A stretch of 64,000 nucleotides of DNA, from assembly GCA_023205875.1 (NCBI GenBank), contig CP060762.1, positions 124,001-188,000 of the forward strand, written 5' to 3'. Made by a program: the position numbers and the translations under genes. The notes under the pieces are model-generated. The model saw nothing but the letters and a program-made list of their open reading frames with translations. It did not search any database and was not told the DNA's origin. Origin of the DNA: Chloropicon primus (lineage: Eukaryota). This document shows, piece by piece, positions 11,041-22,046 of this stretch (position 1 is its first letter; every line of letters starts with the position of its first letter).

Positions 11041-12656
11041 ATGGCTTTGGGTATCTCAGGAAGCAAGCCACCAACTGCCTCGTCCCGAGGAGGGAGCAGG
11101 AGTGGAACGAGTGGTGCAGTCAGGGTAAGGAAAACGTTTTTTTTGTTCTCTCTCTCTCCTCTCTCTCTCTCTCTCTTGCTCTCGGGAGTTCTCTCGCCCC
11201 CCCACTCCCTCTCAAGCTTGAGTGCTGACACACCACCTCGCCTCTGCCTCTCTCGGAACACACAACACACAGGAAACGGAAGCGAGTGTGTTGCAAGACT
11301 TGCAAGGGAAGCTCAATGGCAAAATGCGACAAAAGTTTGCGGTAAGTGGTGTCCTCCTCGAGGTGTTCTCCCCCGCCACCCCCAATCACCCCGTGGTGTA
11401 GCTCAAGCTTATCTGACGCCTCGGTTCGCTACCTTTGACTCCTCCTCCCTCGCCAGGCCGTTGCCACTGAGTTGCCAGCGCAAGAGATCATCGCCAAGGA
11501 GGTGAGCAAATTCCTTAATAGCGGAAGGAAGATATCCGTGAGCGCTCTGGATTCCCTGGAGAAGTCCATCAAGCTCGCACTGACCGGAGAGAAGCCAGCC
11601 AAGGCTGTCAAGTCCGGCCGCGTCAAGTCCATGACGGACGAGTGGAGCGAAATCATGAAGAAGGACCAAGAACTTTACCTCGAGCAGGAGAAGAAGCTCA
11701 AAGAGGAGCAGTTTAAGAAGACCCTTCAGATGAAGAAGGACCTCGAGTCTCAGATGAAGGAGAAGACCGAGATCCAGACCAAGCTGAAGCGGGAGGACTA
11801 CAAGTACTATGCCGAGGACCAGAAGGCGGTCGAGCAGTGGAAGCTCGAGGAGGAGAAGAAGGAGGTCGTTAGAAAGCAAAAGATGCTAGACATAAAGAAG
11901 CAAAGGGCGCAGCAGATCGACGACAGGATGACTCGAAAGAAGCAAGAGATCAACAAGAAGAAGATCGAGGAGGACGAGCTGAAGAAGAGGATCGAGATCG
12001 AGACCATCAAGGAGATGGAGAAGGAGGAGTCCATCAAGAAGAGAATGAAGGAGGAGATGGAGCAGCTCTTGAAGCACAACGAGAAGAACAAAGCTCTCAG
12101 GGCGGAGGCGAAGCGTGTCGAGGAGGAGATCGAGCTCAAGTACCAGAACGACTACATCAAGTTGCTGGAGCAACAGGAGAAAAAGAGGGCCCAGGCCCTT
12201 CTCGACCTCAAGGCCAAGCAGGACAGGCAGGAAGCCATCGGCAGGGAGATCGGCGAGTACAAGAGGTGGGTCGACCCAAAAATCATAGAGGACAACTTCA
12301 AGAAAAACGAGCAGGCCGAGGCGAAGAAGGAGGCCGAGAAGCAGAAGAAGAGGATCGAGATGAACTACGAGGTGAAGAAGATCCTCGAGCAGCAAATAAA
12401 GGAGAAGAACGAGATCAAGGCGAGAGAGGCCGAGATCGAGAGGAAACACGTGGAGCAGTTCAAGCAGGAGACTTTGGAGTTTGAGACCGAGAAGGAGAGG
12501 AAGAGGAAGGAGAAGCTACTGACGAAAATCAGGCACAAGGAGGCCCTTGAGGAGCAGATGAGAGAAAATGCCAAGAGAAGGGAGGTTACCTCGGCCATGT
12601 CAAGAATAGAAAAGTCGTTGAACAGGAGAAAGCTTGAGCAGCTCAACCTCAATTAA
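11041..12656 (+). CDS. Long coiled-coil protein, trichohyalin-plectin-homology (TPH)/axonemal inner-protein-like (exons 11041-11124, 11273-11341, 11457-12656)
   Basis: Two phase-0 GT-AG introns with CTGAC branch points join in frame. E/K/Q-rich helix with DEW and repeated LxxQ(M/I) motifs. Confidence 0.7.
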
Positions 12657-12894
12657 AATACTGGCGTTACATTCCACGCGTGTAACGTACAAACGGGGAA
12701 TGCAAATGGAAGGGCGACCCCTCTCCTTCCACTTGCAAATGGAGTTTGGCTCCCGGGATTTTTTGGTGTCCCCTATCGAGGGAGCGTTTCTTCGTTCCTT
12801 TTCAGGCCTCAAAAAGCTAGTCGAGTAAATTTAATGAGATAGGTTTGTGTGTAGTTTAGCGCCTTTTTTACTCCTTGTGTCGAAGACCGTGTCT

Positions 12895-14280
12895 TCAAGT
12901 CGACGCTTGTGCCATCTTCATCCGGCTGAAGCGAAAGAAATCCCTCCAAAGAAGCTCGAAAAGGAACTCCTTCTCTTCCCCCCTCTTCACCTCTGCGATG
13001 GACGACGTGCTCTCTCGAGCGCCACCCAAGACCTCCTCACAGGCCCTTTTCACAGAGACGCAGCCGAGGCTGAACCAGGGTGCCAGCTGGTCGGGAAGGC
13101 TCTGAACCCCTTGCCGTTGAAGCTTTCCACGGTTCATGCCGCGAGGCAGCAACCCTCCCTTCACCTTCTTGCTGTGGTGCTTGAGGTATGACAGCGCCCT
13201 GTCCTCCCCTCCCCTCGCTCTGCACCCGTCCTTGGTCTTGATGTGCAAGGCCTTGGAGGCAGGGCTGTCCAGGCCAAGCTCCTGCAAAGTCGGAATGTTC
13301 CCTCTTGGAATTTTGCCCCGGGCGAGGGCTGGCCACTCCTTCAATTTCTTCGGCGTCCGCGCCGGGGGTTTGATCTCTGCGCTCTGAAGCTGCTTGCAGA
13401 ATGCCGAGTAGTTGGTTGGCATGGATTTGAGTTCGAACGGAACGTCGTCGATGTGATGCAAGGTGCTCGACCCCCAGCACCTCTCGAGCCTCCTCTCTTT
13501 CCCCCCCGTCACAGACTTGTTGCTAGACTTGATTGCCTTCTCCACGGCTTCCTCGATCTCCTGATCCCTCTTGGAGACCTCCCCCTGGCAGAACACCAGG
13601 GTTGCCTTCACCTCGTCACAAAGTTCCGGGATGATGTCTTCCGGCTTGCCCACCCTAACAACTAAGTCTGACCCCAGCGACTTGAGCTTCTTGCGAAGGG
13701 CTCGGACAGCTTCCTGCGTGAACGCTGCCTTGTACGGACCAGCCCTGTCAAACCTCCCCTTGTTCTTTTGGGCCGAGCTTCCACCGCTGCCTCCGTACTC
13801 CCTCGTATCAAAGCAGAAGACAGGCAGGATTGATGAGCATCTCTTCATCGCTTCCGATAAGGCTTCGTTGTCGTGGACTCGGAGGTCGTTCCGGAACCAA
13901 AGCACGCCAGCCTCGCCACTTGGCCCTGCGCCACTTGGTGGCGTGGGATCGGTGCTCTGCCCGGCGAGCTCGCAGGCCTCTCTTGGGCCACGTCCCCTGC
14001 GCACCTGGGAGAGCCTGCCAAGGAGGACCTGGAATGGGCTTGTGAGCACCAGGCGCAGCTGCCTCGACCTCTCGAGGAAGCCCTCCCCCCTCAACCTCGT
14101 GGACGCAGGCCCCTGCCCCTGCTCGTGCTCGGCAACCCCCGCCCTCGGCCTGTTGCCGCTAGGCCCGCTCCTCCTCACCCTCTTGCTCCTGTCACCCCTC
14201 CTCACCAGCTGGACCTGGGCTGCACTTGCGAGGCGGGAGGAGTGAGCGAGCGAAAAGCTCGCCAAGCTCGGAGGCATCAT
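12895..14280 (-). CDS. PHR2: Photolyase/cryptochrome-related blue-light protein PHR2 (C-terminally short form)
   Basis: LWFRNDLRVHDNEAL, GGEDRAL, LAPWFSLGCVS, FELLWRDFFRF followed shortly by the stop; transit-like leader. Start uncertain. Confidence 0.85.
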   Translation of the reverse strand: MMPPSLASFSLAHSSRLASAAQVQLVRRGDRSKRVRRSGPSGNRPRAGVAEHEQGQGPASTRLRGEGFLERSRQLRLVLTSPFQVLLGRLSQVRRGRGPREACELAGQSTDPTPPSGAGPSGEAGVLWFRNDLRVHDNEALSEAMKRCSSILPVFCFDTREYGGSGGSSAQKNKGRFDRAGPYKAAFTQEAVRALRKKLKSLGSDLVVRVGKPEDIIPELCDEVKATLVFCQGEVSKRDQEIEEAVEKAIKSSNKSVTGGKERRLERCWGSSTLHHIDDVPFELKSMPTNYSAFCKQLQSAEIKPPARTPKKLKEWPALARGKIPRGNIPTLQELGLDSPASKALHIKTKDGCRARGGEDRALSYLKHHSKKVKGGLLPRGMNRGKLQRQGVQSLPDQLAPWFSLGCVSVKRACEEVLGGARESTSSIAEVKRGEEKEFLFELLWRDFFRFSRMKMAQAST

Positions 14281-14724
14281 CGCTCTCGCCCTTCCTTCGA
14301 GCTTGGACTGCCCCTCGTGCCCGGCAACCTGAGAGTGAGGTTGCTGATGACCACCGCGAGAGGAGGAGGGGGATCTCTCTCGGCACGGAAAGGACCCCAT
14401 GGCCAGCACAACCCGCTCGTTGCGCCGGCACCACTCGCTCACCTCCTGCCAATCGTTCATCCCTTCCGACCGTCTCGCCTCCAACTGCCATGAGATCACA
14501 ATCAACACAAAAAAACGGAGCAGAAGCGTTTAGTTGTCTCCCATCTTCACCACGCCGCCATTCTTGTCAAGCGAGGGCTCTTTCGAAAGCCTGCGACACA
14601 ACGGATCGCCTCCACTTCTTCTCCACCACCTCCGCTTTCCTCCCCGTCGTCCCTCACCTTTCCTCCTTCAACAACGCAGACCAGGCGCAACAACCGAGAG
14701 ATCTGCTGCAGTGGAGTGGAAGGG

Positions 14725-16590
14725 ATGGCGTCCAAGGTGGCGACGGCAGGCGCACTGCTGAGGCAGTGGAAGGGTCTCGGGACCAAGTGCGTCCCTCGTG
14801 GGATCGGTAGGCAGCTTCCGTGGCCTCAGGGGACGTCTGGCGTGAGTCCAGGAGGAGCGAGGGACGCGTTCTGTCGAAGGTATGCCACGGCAGAGGCCAC
14901 AAGAGGGGGAAGGCATGAGGGGAGGGCTTGGGTGAAGGGGTTGTTTGCGGTGGGATCTCTGGGCGTTGGAGGGGGATTGGTGGCGGGGACGACGGTGTAC
15001 AGCAGGGATGCGAAGGGGAAGGGGGTGGAGGTCGAGTCAGGGTCGCAAGTTGTGAGTGGGATAACGAATGGCTTGGCTCGTTCTGCAGTGTTTTACTGGT
15101 ATGCCTTGCCCATCTACACCCAATACAAGTTGACGGAGTGGTGGTTCGATGGCACGCCGTTCGAGGACAGCGAGTACTACTGGGATCTCCTGCACGACAG
15201 GCACTGCGGGACCGTGGAGTACGTGTGCCTGCTCCTGAAGGGTTTCTACCTGAAAGGGGCCCAGGTGGCTTCGACGCGGGATGACTTGCTTCCGCAGCAG
15301 TACCTCGCGTTCTGCAAGAAGTTCCAGGACGAAGTTCCTACAGAACTCGCGGGGCGGGAGGAGCTGGAGAGGACCATCTGCTCCTCTCTTGGGATCAAGG
15401 ACATCCACGAGGTGTTCGAGTGCATTGATTCAACGCCCGTCGGGGCGGCGTCCATCGGGGTGGTCCACAGGGCGAAGCTCAGGGACGGCCGGGTCGTTGC
15501 GGTGAAGGTTCAGTTCCCCGACATCGAGGAGAGGTTTCGAAACGACTTGAAGACGGTGAAGAGGTTCTGCTCCTTTGCTTTGCCGTCCCACATGCCCTTC
15601 CTGGATGAGATAGAAAGGCAGTTTCTGACGGAGTTCGACTACAGGGGGGAAGCCGAGAACCTGGAGAGGATACGGAAAGACGTCTTGCCTGGGTGGAAGC
15701 GGCACGTGTACATCCCGTACGTCGTCAAGGATCTTTGCACCAAGGAGGTGATGGTGATGGAGTACCTCGAGGGCACAAACCTGTTGAAGTCCTTGGTGAA
15801 GCAGTACGAAAGGTACGCGGCCAAGCAGGGCCTGACCCTGAAGGAGCTCGCAGAGAAGAGCGCCGGCGAGGGGAAGGGGAAGGGCGGCGGAAGCAAGGCG
15901 ACCTCTCTCGCTGTGCAGGGCGCCAAGATGTACGTTGCAGAGAAAGTGGCCCAGCTGAGGGACCTTGGGCTGAACCTTCCTCGCTTCCTTTACAACCTCA
16001 CGCTCGGGTGGGTGCCGGGGTGGGCTGTCCCGTACAGGTGGTCTGAGCGGCCCATCAACCTCGCCAGGGTGCTGGACATTCTGATGCAAGTCCACGCCCA
16101 CGAGATATTCCGGCACGGCTTCTTTAACGCTGACCCCCATCCGGGGAACATCATGCTCCTGAAGGACGGCAGGATCGGCCTGATCGATTACGGGCAAGTG
16201 AAGCAGCTCAGCCTGGAGAAGAGGGTCGAGTACGCCAAGCTCGTGGTCTACCTCGCGAAGGACAAGAGGAAATCCGCGGTTTTGCAGGCGACGGAGGGCA
16301 TGGGGCTCGTGACCAAGAACATGAACCACCAGATCATCTACAGGACCCTCGCCTTCTTTCACGACAGGGACACGGACGACGTCACCGGGGGCAAGAACAT
16401 CCAGCAGTTCATGGACTGGTGCAACGCGGAGGATCCCATCCTCGACCTGGACGACGACTACGTTCTGGTCGGGAGGGTCTCCCTGCTTCTCAGGGGTCTT
16501 GGAAACGCCTTCAACTTGAAGTTGAGGGTGACGCAGTACTGGAGGTCCGAGGCGGAGAGGTTGCTGAGGTCCGCCGGGGTGCGGGCGTGA
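14725..16590 (+). CDS. ABC1/UbiB atypical kinase (ADCK family), likely mitochondrial
   Basis: LKGFYLKGAQ, AASIGVVHRA, VAVKVQ, EFDYRGEA, ADPHPGN, IDYG. Confidence 0.92.
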   Translation: MASKVATAGALLRQWKGLGTKCVPRGIGRQLPWPQGTSGVSPGGARDAFCRRYATAEATRGGRHEGRAWVKGLFAVGSLGVGGGLVAGTTVYSRDAKGKGVEVESGSQVVSGITNGLARSAVFYWYALPIYTQYKLTEWWFDGTPFEDSEYYWDLLHDRHCGTVEYVCLLLKGFYLKGAQVASTRDDLLPQQYLAFCKKFQDEVPTELAGREELERTICSSLGIKDIHEVFECIDSTPVGAASIGVVHRAKLRDGRVVAVKVQFPDIEERFRNDLKTVKRFCSFALPSHMPFLDEIERQFLTEFDYRGEAENLERIRKDVLPGWKRHVYIPYVVKDLCTKEVMVMEYLEGTNLLKSLVKQYERYAAKQGLTLKELAEKSAGEGKGKGGGSKATSLAVQGAKMYVAEKVAQLRDLGLNLPRFLYNLTLGWVPGWAVPYRWSERPINLARVLDILMQVHAHEIFRHGFFNADPHPGNIMLLKDGRIGLIDYGQVKQLSLEKRVEYAKLVVYLAKDKRKSAVLQATEGMGLVTKNMNHQIIYRTLAFFHDRDTDDVTGGKNIQQFMDWCNAEDPILDLDDDYVLVGRVSLLLRGLGNAFNLKLRVTQYWRSEAERLLRSAGVRA

Positions 16591-16653
16591 CCGGTTGTAA
16601 CGGCTCTCAAAGTGGTGGTGGTGCGCCACAATAAGAATGAATTGATTGCCAAA

Positions 16654-16698
<45 letters not shown>

Positions 16699-17417
16699 AT
16701 ATAGCTATATCTAATCTCTATCTATCTGAATTCTACAAGGATGTGACTGTGAAGGTAGGCCTAAAGTTCCCTCGCCATGCGGTGCAAGGAAAAGCAATGC
16801 AAGGAGCCCTCCCCTTTGTCCGTCCCTCTCCCCGCTTTCAGTGCAGGACCTCAATCCAAGCGATGCGGGCCTTTTCTGCCCAAGAACTTCTTTTTTCGGC
16901 TCTTCTTCCCCCTCCCTCTGGTCAAAGGAGAACTGTGGTCCCGCGGTGTAAGGCTGCAATGCCGTAGGATTCCATACGGCCTTAGGGTTCTTCTTCCAAG
17001 CCGAACAAGACGACGGCTGGGGCGGAGAGAACAAGGAGACAGGAGAGGATTGTCGAGGCAAGGGAGAGGTCATTGCATTCGCATCCTCTTGCCCTCGACT
17101 TGTCCTCCTGGACGCTGCAGACCTAGGTCGTGTTGTGGAGGCGCGCGCGCAAGTGTGTCTTCGTCATTATTCTATCTGAAAACAAGGATAGACTGGAGAG
17201 GGAGAGACACACCTTCATCTTCATCTTCGTCACTGGAGTGGATTTGGGTTGAGTGGCAGAGCAGAGCTTGAACCATTGGCTGGCCGCGTCCTTGGTGTCC
17301 TAGACTCGCTTGATTATTGTCCAACCATTAGCCAGCAGCCAACAAGAACAAGTCTTTGCCATACCACACATACATACACATACCTCCGAGAGTCTAGTCT
17401 AGTCTAGTGTTGTCAAG

Positions 17418-20400
17418 ATGGCCGAGCGAGCAATCATGGCCCTGCTGGACCCGCGCAGGAACTTCAAGTCGGACTTCGACCAGCAGCTTGTGCAGGAGAC
17501 GGTCGACCCCATCATTGCGGGATACATCCGCAAGAAGGGGTTGAAGCCTGCCTTGCGTTCGATACTTCGCATCACAACCGACCAGAACTTTCGTGAGGTT
17601 TGGGCCAAAGACTTCGAGCACATGCTTCAGAAGGAGGGAGACCTGACAAGGAAGGAGCTGAAGGAGAAGGTGGCGAGTGGGGTCGATCTCGAGCTGCTGC
17701 GCAGCCGGGGAGCGACCGAGCACGAGCTCGAGGTTGCTGGTGTTCCACCGGGAAAGCTGGACGAGGAGAAGATGATCGAGGAGGATAACTACGAGGAGTT
17801 CCTGAAGAACATCTTCTTGCAGGCGGACAAGAGGATGAACGACGTGAACCAGAGGGAAGTCGCGAGTGCTCTGAATGACTTGAACAAACTCACGAATTAC
17901 ATGAACATCTTGGTCAAGGACACGACGGACTACATGTCCAAGACCAACGACCTCATGCAGAACACCGGGGAGGCCGAGAGGTACGCAGGCACGACGAAGG
18001 GAAGCCTGGGAAGTGGCAGAAACGTTCATCAGATCAATCTGAAGGACGTGTCTCCAGACGGAGCCACCATGGACCTCACCGCGAGCAGGCTGGCCAGTCC
18101 CATGGATTCTTATACCTCCCAGAACGACAGGGACAGGAGACTCAGTAACGCGTACGAGCAGAGGAGGCTGAGCAACGCTTACGAACAGAGGAGGCTGAGC
18201 AACGCTTACGAGCAGAGGAGGCTGAGCAACGCGTATGAGAACAGAAGGCTCAGTAATGCCATGGAAGGCAAGACCGTTGCTTCAAGAGGGGTGGGCTCTC
18301 AGATGGAGGGAAATATGAGCACGATCAATATGACTCAGTTCCAACTTCCAGGGATCAACGCGGCGGCGAACAACATCAAGTTCTGCAAGCTTTTGCTTCA
18401 GTCCGGTGTAAAGTGTTTCTGCTTCTCGCGAAAGAATCCTGCCAAGGCGCCAACGGAGTACTGTCTGTACAGGGACGGCGACCAGCTTTTCTGGAAGCTG
18501 AAGAACAAGGGCAAGAAGACTTACCTCAACGTGGTGAGCGCGGCGGAGGGTTTGCCTCTTTGGTTCACGGACGGCGACATCTTGAAGAACTCGTTCATCA
18601 AGGCAAAGTTCTTGGGCAAGAACTTCTTCGAGAGGTGCTCCCTCCAGATCAACATGCAGGACCTGAGGAAGAAGGTCGCGGTGGAGTGCGTGTTGACCTT
18701 CGAGGCGGACGTGATTGCCGAAAAGCTTGCGTTCTACTTGAACACCGACGCCCTCGACGATAGCATGACGAAGATCAGGGGCACCAAGAGGGCCTCCATC
18801 ATCATGCAGACAAGGAGCAGAGCGAAGACGCTTCAGAACCAGTCCCAGCAAGGCAACTTCATCTCCCAGAACGAGGTCAAGAAGCAGGACAAGGCGTCCA
18901 ACGCGTTCTACACCAACACTGCGGCGAGGAAGAAGCAGGAGAAGACGAAGAAGGAGGCAGAGTTCCTTCTCAACGCCATGTCCAAGTGCCCCGTCTTCAA
19001 CGGCATCAGCGACGAGTTGAAGAACGAGGTCGTGCAGGTGGCCAGGAAGACGAACATTGCGGAGGGCATGATCGTGTGCCAGAAAGGAAACTTTGCGAGC
19101 AACTTCTACATTGTGGAAGAAGGCTCTTTGCTGGCTTATCTGAGCGAGATGGTGGACGAGTCCTCTATACCGGACATCGAGTACAAGAAGGAGGATTACT
19201 TTGGAGAGTGCTCCCTGATATTCAAGTCACCAAATCTGCACCACGTGATTGCGGATGGAGACTGTGTTCTGTGGGCCCTGGATCAAGAGACGTTCAAGAA
19301 AGTTGTCTCGGGCAACGCTGACCTTCAGAAGTCCCTTGACACCCTGCTTGAGGTCGCCATCTTCAACGGGCTGGACGATGCAATGTTTGCGAACATTATT
19401 CTGGACTTCGAGGTGCAAAAATTCGGGCCAGACGAAGTCATCGTGGCCATGGACTCCAAAACTCCGCGCTTTTACGTCCTGCAGGGCGGCACCGTGGATG
19501 TTGCTGGCAACTGGTACGGGAAGAGTGAGACGTCCGATAGGGTGGAAAAGAGTCTCAACATACCTGGTCAGTTCTTTGGTGACTTTGAGCTCTGTTTTGA
19601 CTTGAATATGGCGAGGACGTACAAAGCTGGGGCCAAGGGGGCTACATTGCTTACTCTGAGCAGGCAAAGGTTCGGCGAGCTCTCCGACTTCATCGTCGAG
19701 GTCTCTGAGAGCAACTTGAAGAGGCAGGTCCTGCACAGTCTTCCTACATTCGCAACACTTGATGACTTTGAGGTCATGGATGTCATAGACTCGTTTGAGG
19801 TGGAGACGGTTAAGAAGGGAGAGTTGATCATTAAGAAGGGAGATATTGGTGACAAGTTCTACTTCATCAAGACGGGAGAATGCGTCGTGATGGACAAGGA
19901 CAAGGATGGAAACCTGAAGATTTTGACCAAGATCATTGGCCACGCGTCTTTCGGTGAGCTGGCTCTGCTCAGTGACGACCCAAGGAGTGCTTACGTTGCT
20001 GCGGACACGGATGTGGAGCTCTACTCCTTGACGAGGGAGGCCTTCAGGCAGCTTGTGGACACAGCCAACAAGCAGGGCTCGAAGAGCAAGACTCTGAGCA
20101 TCATTTCCAACATTGACCTTCTCAACGCTCTTTCCGAGAACGATTTCAGTGTCCTCACGGATGCCTTGAACGTCGAAAACTTTTCGGAGGGCGACAGGAT
20201 CATCAAGAGCGGGGATATTAACGACAAATTGTTCATCGTTTCCAAGGGAGAGCTCCTGCTGACAAGGGACCAAGAGTCATTCACTGAGAGGGTCCGCTTG
20301 CTTCCCGGTAACCACTTCGGGGAAAGGGCGCTGATGCAGGCGGAGCACTGCTTTTACAACGTCACCGCAACTCGTGTGACGGAGCTCCTGACGCTGTCGA

Positions 20401-21482
20401 GGCACGTCTTCGAGCAGTACTGCGGTTCTCTTGCCGGCCTTCTTCAGACTGAGCTGAAGAAGACTGAGGAGGAGGGCAAGCTGCTCAGGGCTGGCATCGA
20501 CGACTTCATCGACAAGGGAATTATCGGTAGAGGCGCCTTCGGTACGGTGAGACTGGTGAAGAGCAAGGATTCCAACAAATACTATGCCCTCAAGTATCTC
20601 ATCAAGGACAACATCGTCAAGAAGCAGCAGCAGCGTCACTTGAAGCAGGAGATCAGCATTATGTGCATGCTGGAGCACGCCATGATCATCAGCCTGTGGA
20701 AGAAGTGGCAGGACAAGAAGTACATTTACCTGCTGACGGAGATTTGCACGGGTGGAGAGCTCTTCATGGAGATCAAGAAGTCCAAGGGTTTCGCAGAGGA
20801 CCGGGCAAAGTTTTACGCCGCCTGCGTCGCTTCCATTCTCATCGAGTTGAGAAAGAAGGAAGTCGTCTTCCGAGACTTGAAGCCCGAGAACATCCTTATC
20901 TCCGGCGATGGTTACCTCAAACTGATCGATTTCGGCTTTGGAAAGGTCCTGGGCAAGAACAAGAAGACGTTCTCTCTTTGCGGTACCCCCGACTACGTCG
21001 CCCCTGAGATTCTGCTGAATCAGGGATACAACCACTCGGTGGACACCTGGGCTTTGGGTGTCTTGGTTTACGAGATGGTTGCCAACGAGACCCCGTTCAA
21101 GAGCTCGGGCGGGGCCAAGGGAATTCTCAAGAACATTCTGAACAAGAAGCTTCAGTTCCCCAAGGACAAGTTTTCCGGTGTTTCCAAGGAGTGCATTTCC
21201 TTCATGTCGGAGTGCTTGAAGAAGGAGCCCATGCACCGCCTGGGTTACAAGGATGCCAGGGAACTCAAGTCCCATCCGTGGTTCCAGGAGTACGGAAAGC
21301 ACGGCTGGAACGCCCTGGAGAGGAAGCTCATCCGGCCGCCGTACGTGCCAAACGACGTGAACCCCGAGAAGATCCCAACGAAGGAGCCCAAGGAGGGCGA
21401 GCTCGAACCACCTCCAGACGTTCATGATTATGAGATCGATTCCATTTTCGCAGACTTCACTGCGATGAACGAGGTGGCCTGA
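17418..21482 (+). CDS. Cyclic-nucleotide-dependent (PKG-like) kinase: N-terminal extension, four cNMP-binding domains, AGC kinase domain
   Basis: FGE/FGD cNMP motifs x4, GRGAFG, FRDLKPEN, DFG, CGTPDYVAPE, PPYVP AGC tail. Confidence 0.92.
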   Translation: MAERAIMALLDPRRNFKSDFDQQLVQETVDPIIAGYIRKKGLKPALRSILRITTDQNFREVWAKDFEHMLQKEGDLTRKELKEKVASGVDLELLRSRGATEHELEVAGVPPGKLDEEKMIEEDNYEEFLKNIFLQADKRMNDVNQREVASALNDLNKLTNYMNILVKDTTDYMSKTNDLMQNTGEAERYAGTTKGSLGSGRNVHQINLKDVSPDGATMDLTASRLASPMDSYTSQNDRDRRLSNAYEQRRLSNAYEQRRLSNAYEQRRLSNAYENRRLSNAMEGKTVASRGVGSQMEGNMSTINMTQFQLPGINAAANNIKFCKLLLQSGVKCFCFSRKNPAKAPTEYCLYRDGDQLFWKLKNKGKKTYLNVVSAAEGLPLWFTDGDILKNSFIKAKFLGKNFFERCSLQINMQDLRKKVAVECVLTFEADVIAEKLAFYLNTDALDDSMTKIRGTKRASIIMQTRSRAKTLQNQSQQGNFISQNEVKKQDKASNAFYTNTAARKKQEKTKKEAEFLLNAMSKCPVFNGISDELKNEVVQVARKTNIAEGMIVCQKGNFASNFYIVEEGSLLAYLSEMVDESSIPDIEYKKEDYFGECSLIFKSPNLHHVIADGDCVLWALDQETFKKVVSGNADLQKSLDTLLEVAIFNGLDDAMFANIILDFEVQKFGPDEVIVAMDSKTPRFYVLQGGTVDVAGNWYGKSETSDRVEKSLNIPGQFFGDFELCFDLNMARTYKAGAKGATLLTLSRQRFGELSDFIVEVSESNLKRQVLHSLPTFATLDDFEVMDVIDSFEVETVKKGELIIKKGDIGDKFYFIKTGECVVMDKDKDGNLKILTKIIGHASFGELALLSDDPRSAYVAADTDVELYSLTREAFRQLVDTANKQGSKSKTLSIISNIDLLNALSENDFSVLTDALNVENFSEGDRIIKSGDINDKLFIVSKGELLLTRDQESFTERVRLLPGNHFGERALMQAEHCFYNVTATRVTELLTLSRHVFEQYCGSLAGLLQTELKKTEEEGKLLRAGIDDFIDKGIIGRGAFGTVRLVKSKDSNKYYALKYLIKDNIVKKQQQRHLKQEISIMCMLEHAMIISLWKKWQDKKYIYLLTEICTGGELFMEIKKSKGFAEDRAKFYAACVASILIELRKKEVVFRDLKPENILISGDGYLKLIDFGFGKVLGKNKKTFSLCGTPDYVAPEILLNQGYNHSVDTWALGVLVYEMVANETPFKSSGGAKGILKNILNKKLQFPKDKFSGVSKECISFMSECLKKEPMHRLGYKDARELKSHPWFQEYGKHGWNALERKLIRPPYVPNDVNPEKIPTKEPKEGELEPPPDVHDYEIDSIFADFTAMNEVA
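18135..18260 (+). repeat. Coding 27-nt tandem repeat, 5x RRLSNA(YEQ)
   Basis: Directly visible in DNA and translation. Confidence 0.95.
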
Positions 21483-22046
21483 TTCGCGGCGCAACTCTCA
21501 GATTTTATTAAACACCTTCTTACACTTCAAATTGTAATTACAAACCTTCCTATCAACGACTCCCAATCCCACCCACTCGGTCTTCCCCTCCTCCTTCCTT
21601 CAGAGCAGTCGACGAGAGTGCTCTCTCTGTCTCTCTTTCCTCGAGGGGACATGGGATCCTTGGGTAGAAAAGCGGTGGCAGTGAGATCACAACCTTTCTC
21701 TCAAACCCGTCCCCCCCCTTCTCCCCACCCTCCTTTCCCTCCATTGCAGCCCCCCCCATGTCCCCCTCCCTTGGCCTGCCTGATCAGTGATGATCCATGA
21801 CCTTCTTTCCCGGTTACCCCATCAAGCGCGAGTTCTTTGGAAAGAGGGAGAGGAGCACGAATTCATTGTCCTTCGACCTCCCACCGTCCCTCTCCTTCCC
21901 CGCCATCATCATCATCATCATCATCACCATCATCATCACCATCTTCATCACCTCCCTCCATTAATCGAGCGAGCATTAGCAATCAGCGGTTTCGCCTGAG
22001 ATTAGCGCAGCGGAGGCGGAGGAGAGGGAAGGCGAAGGCGAAGGCG

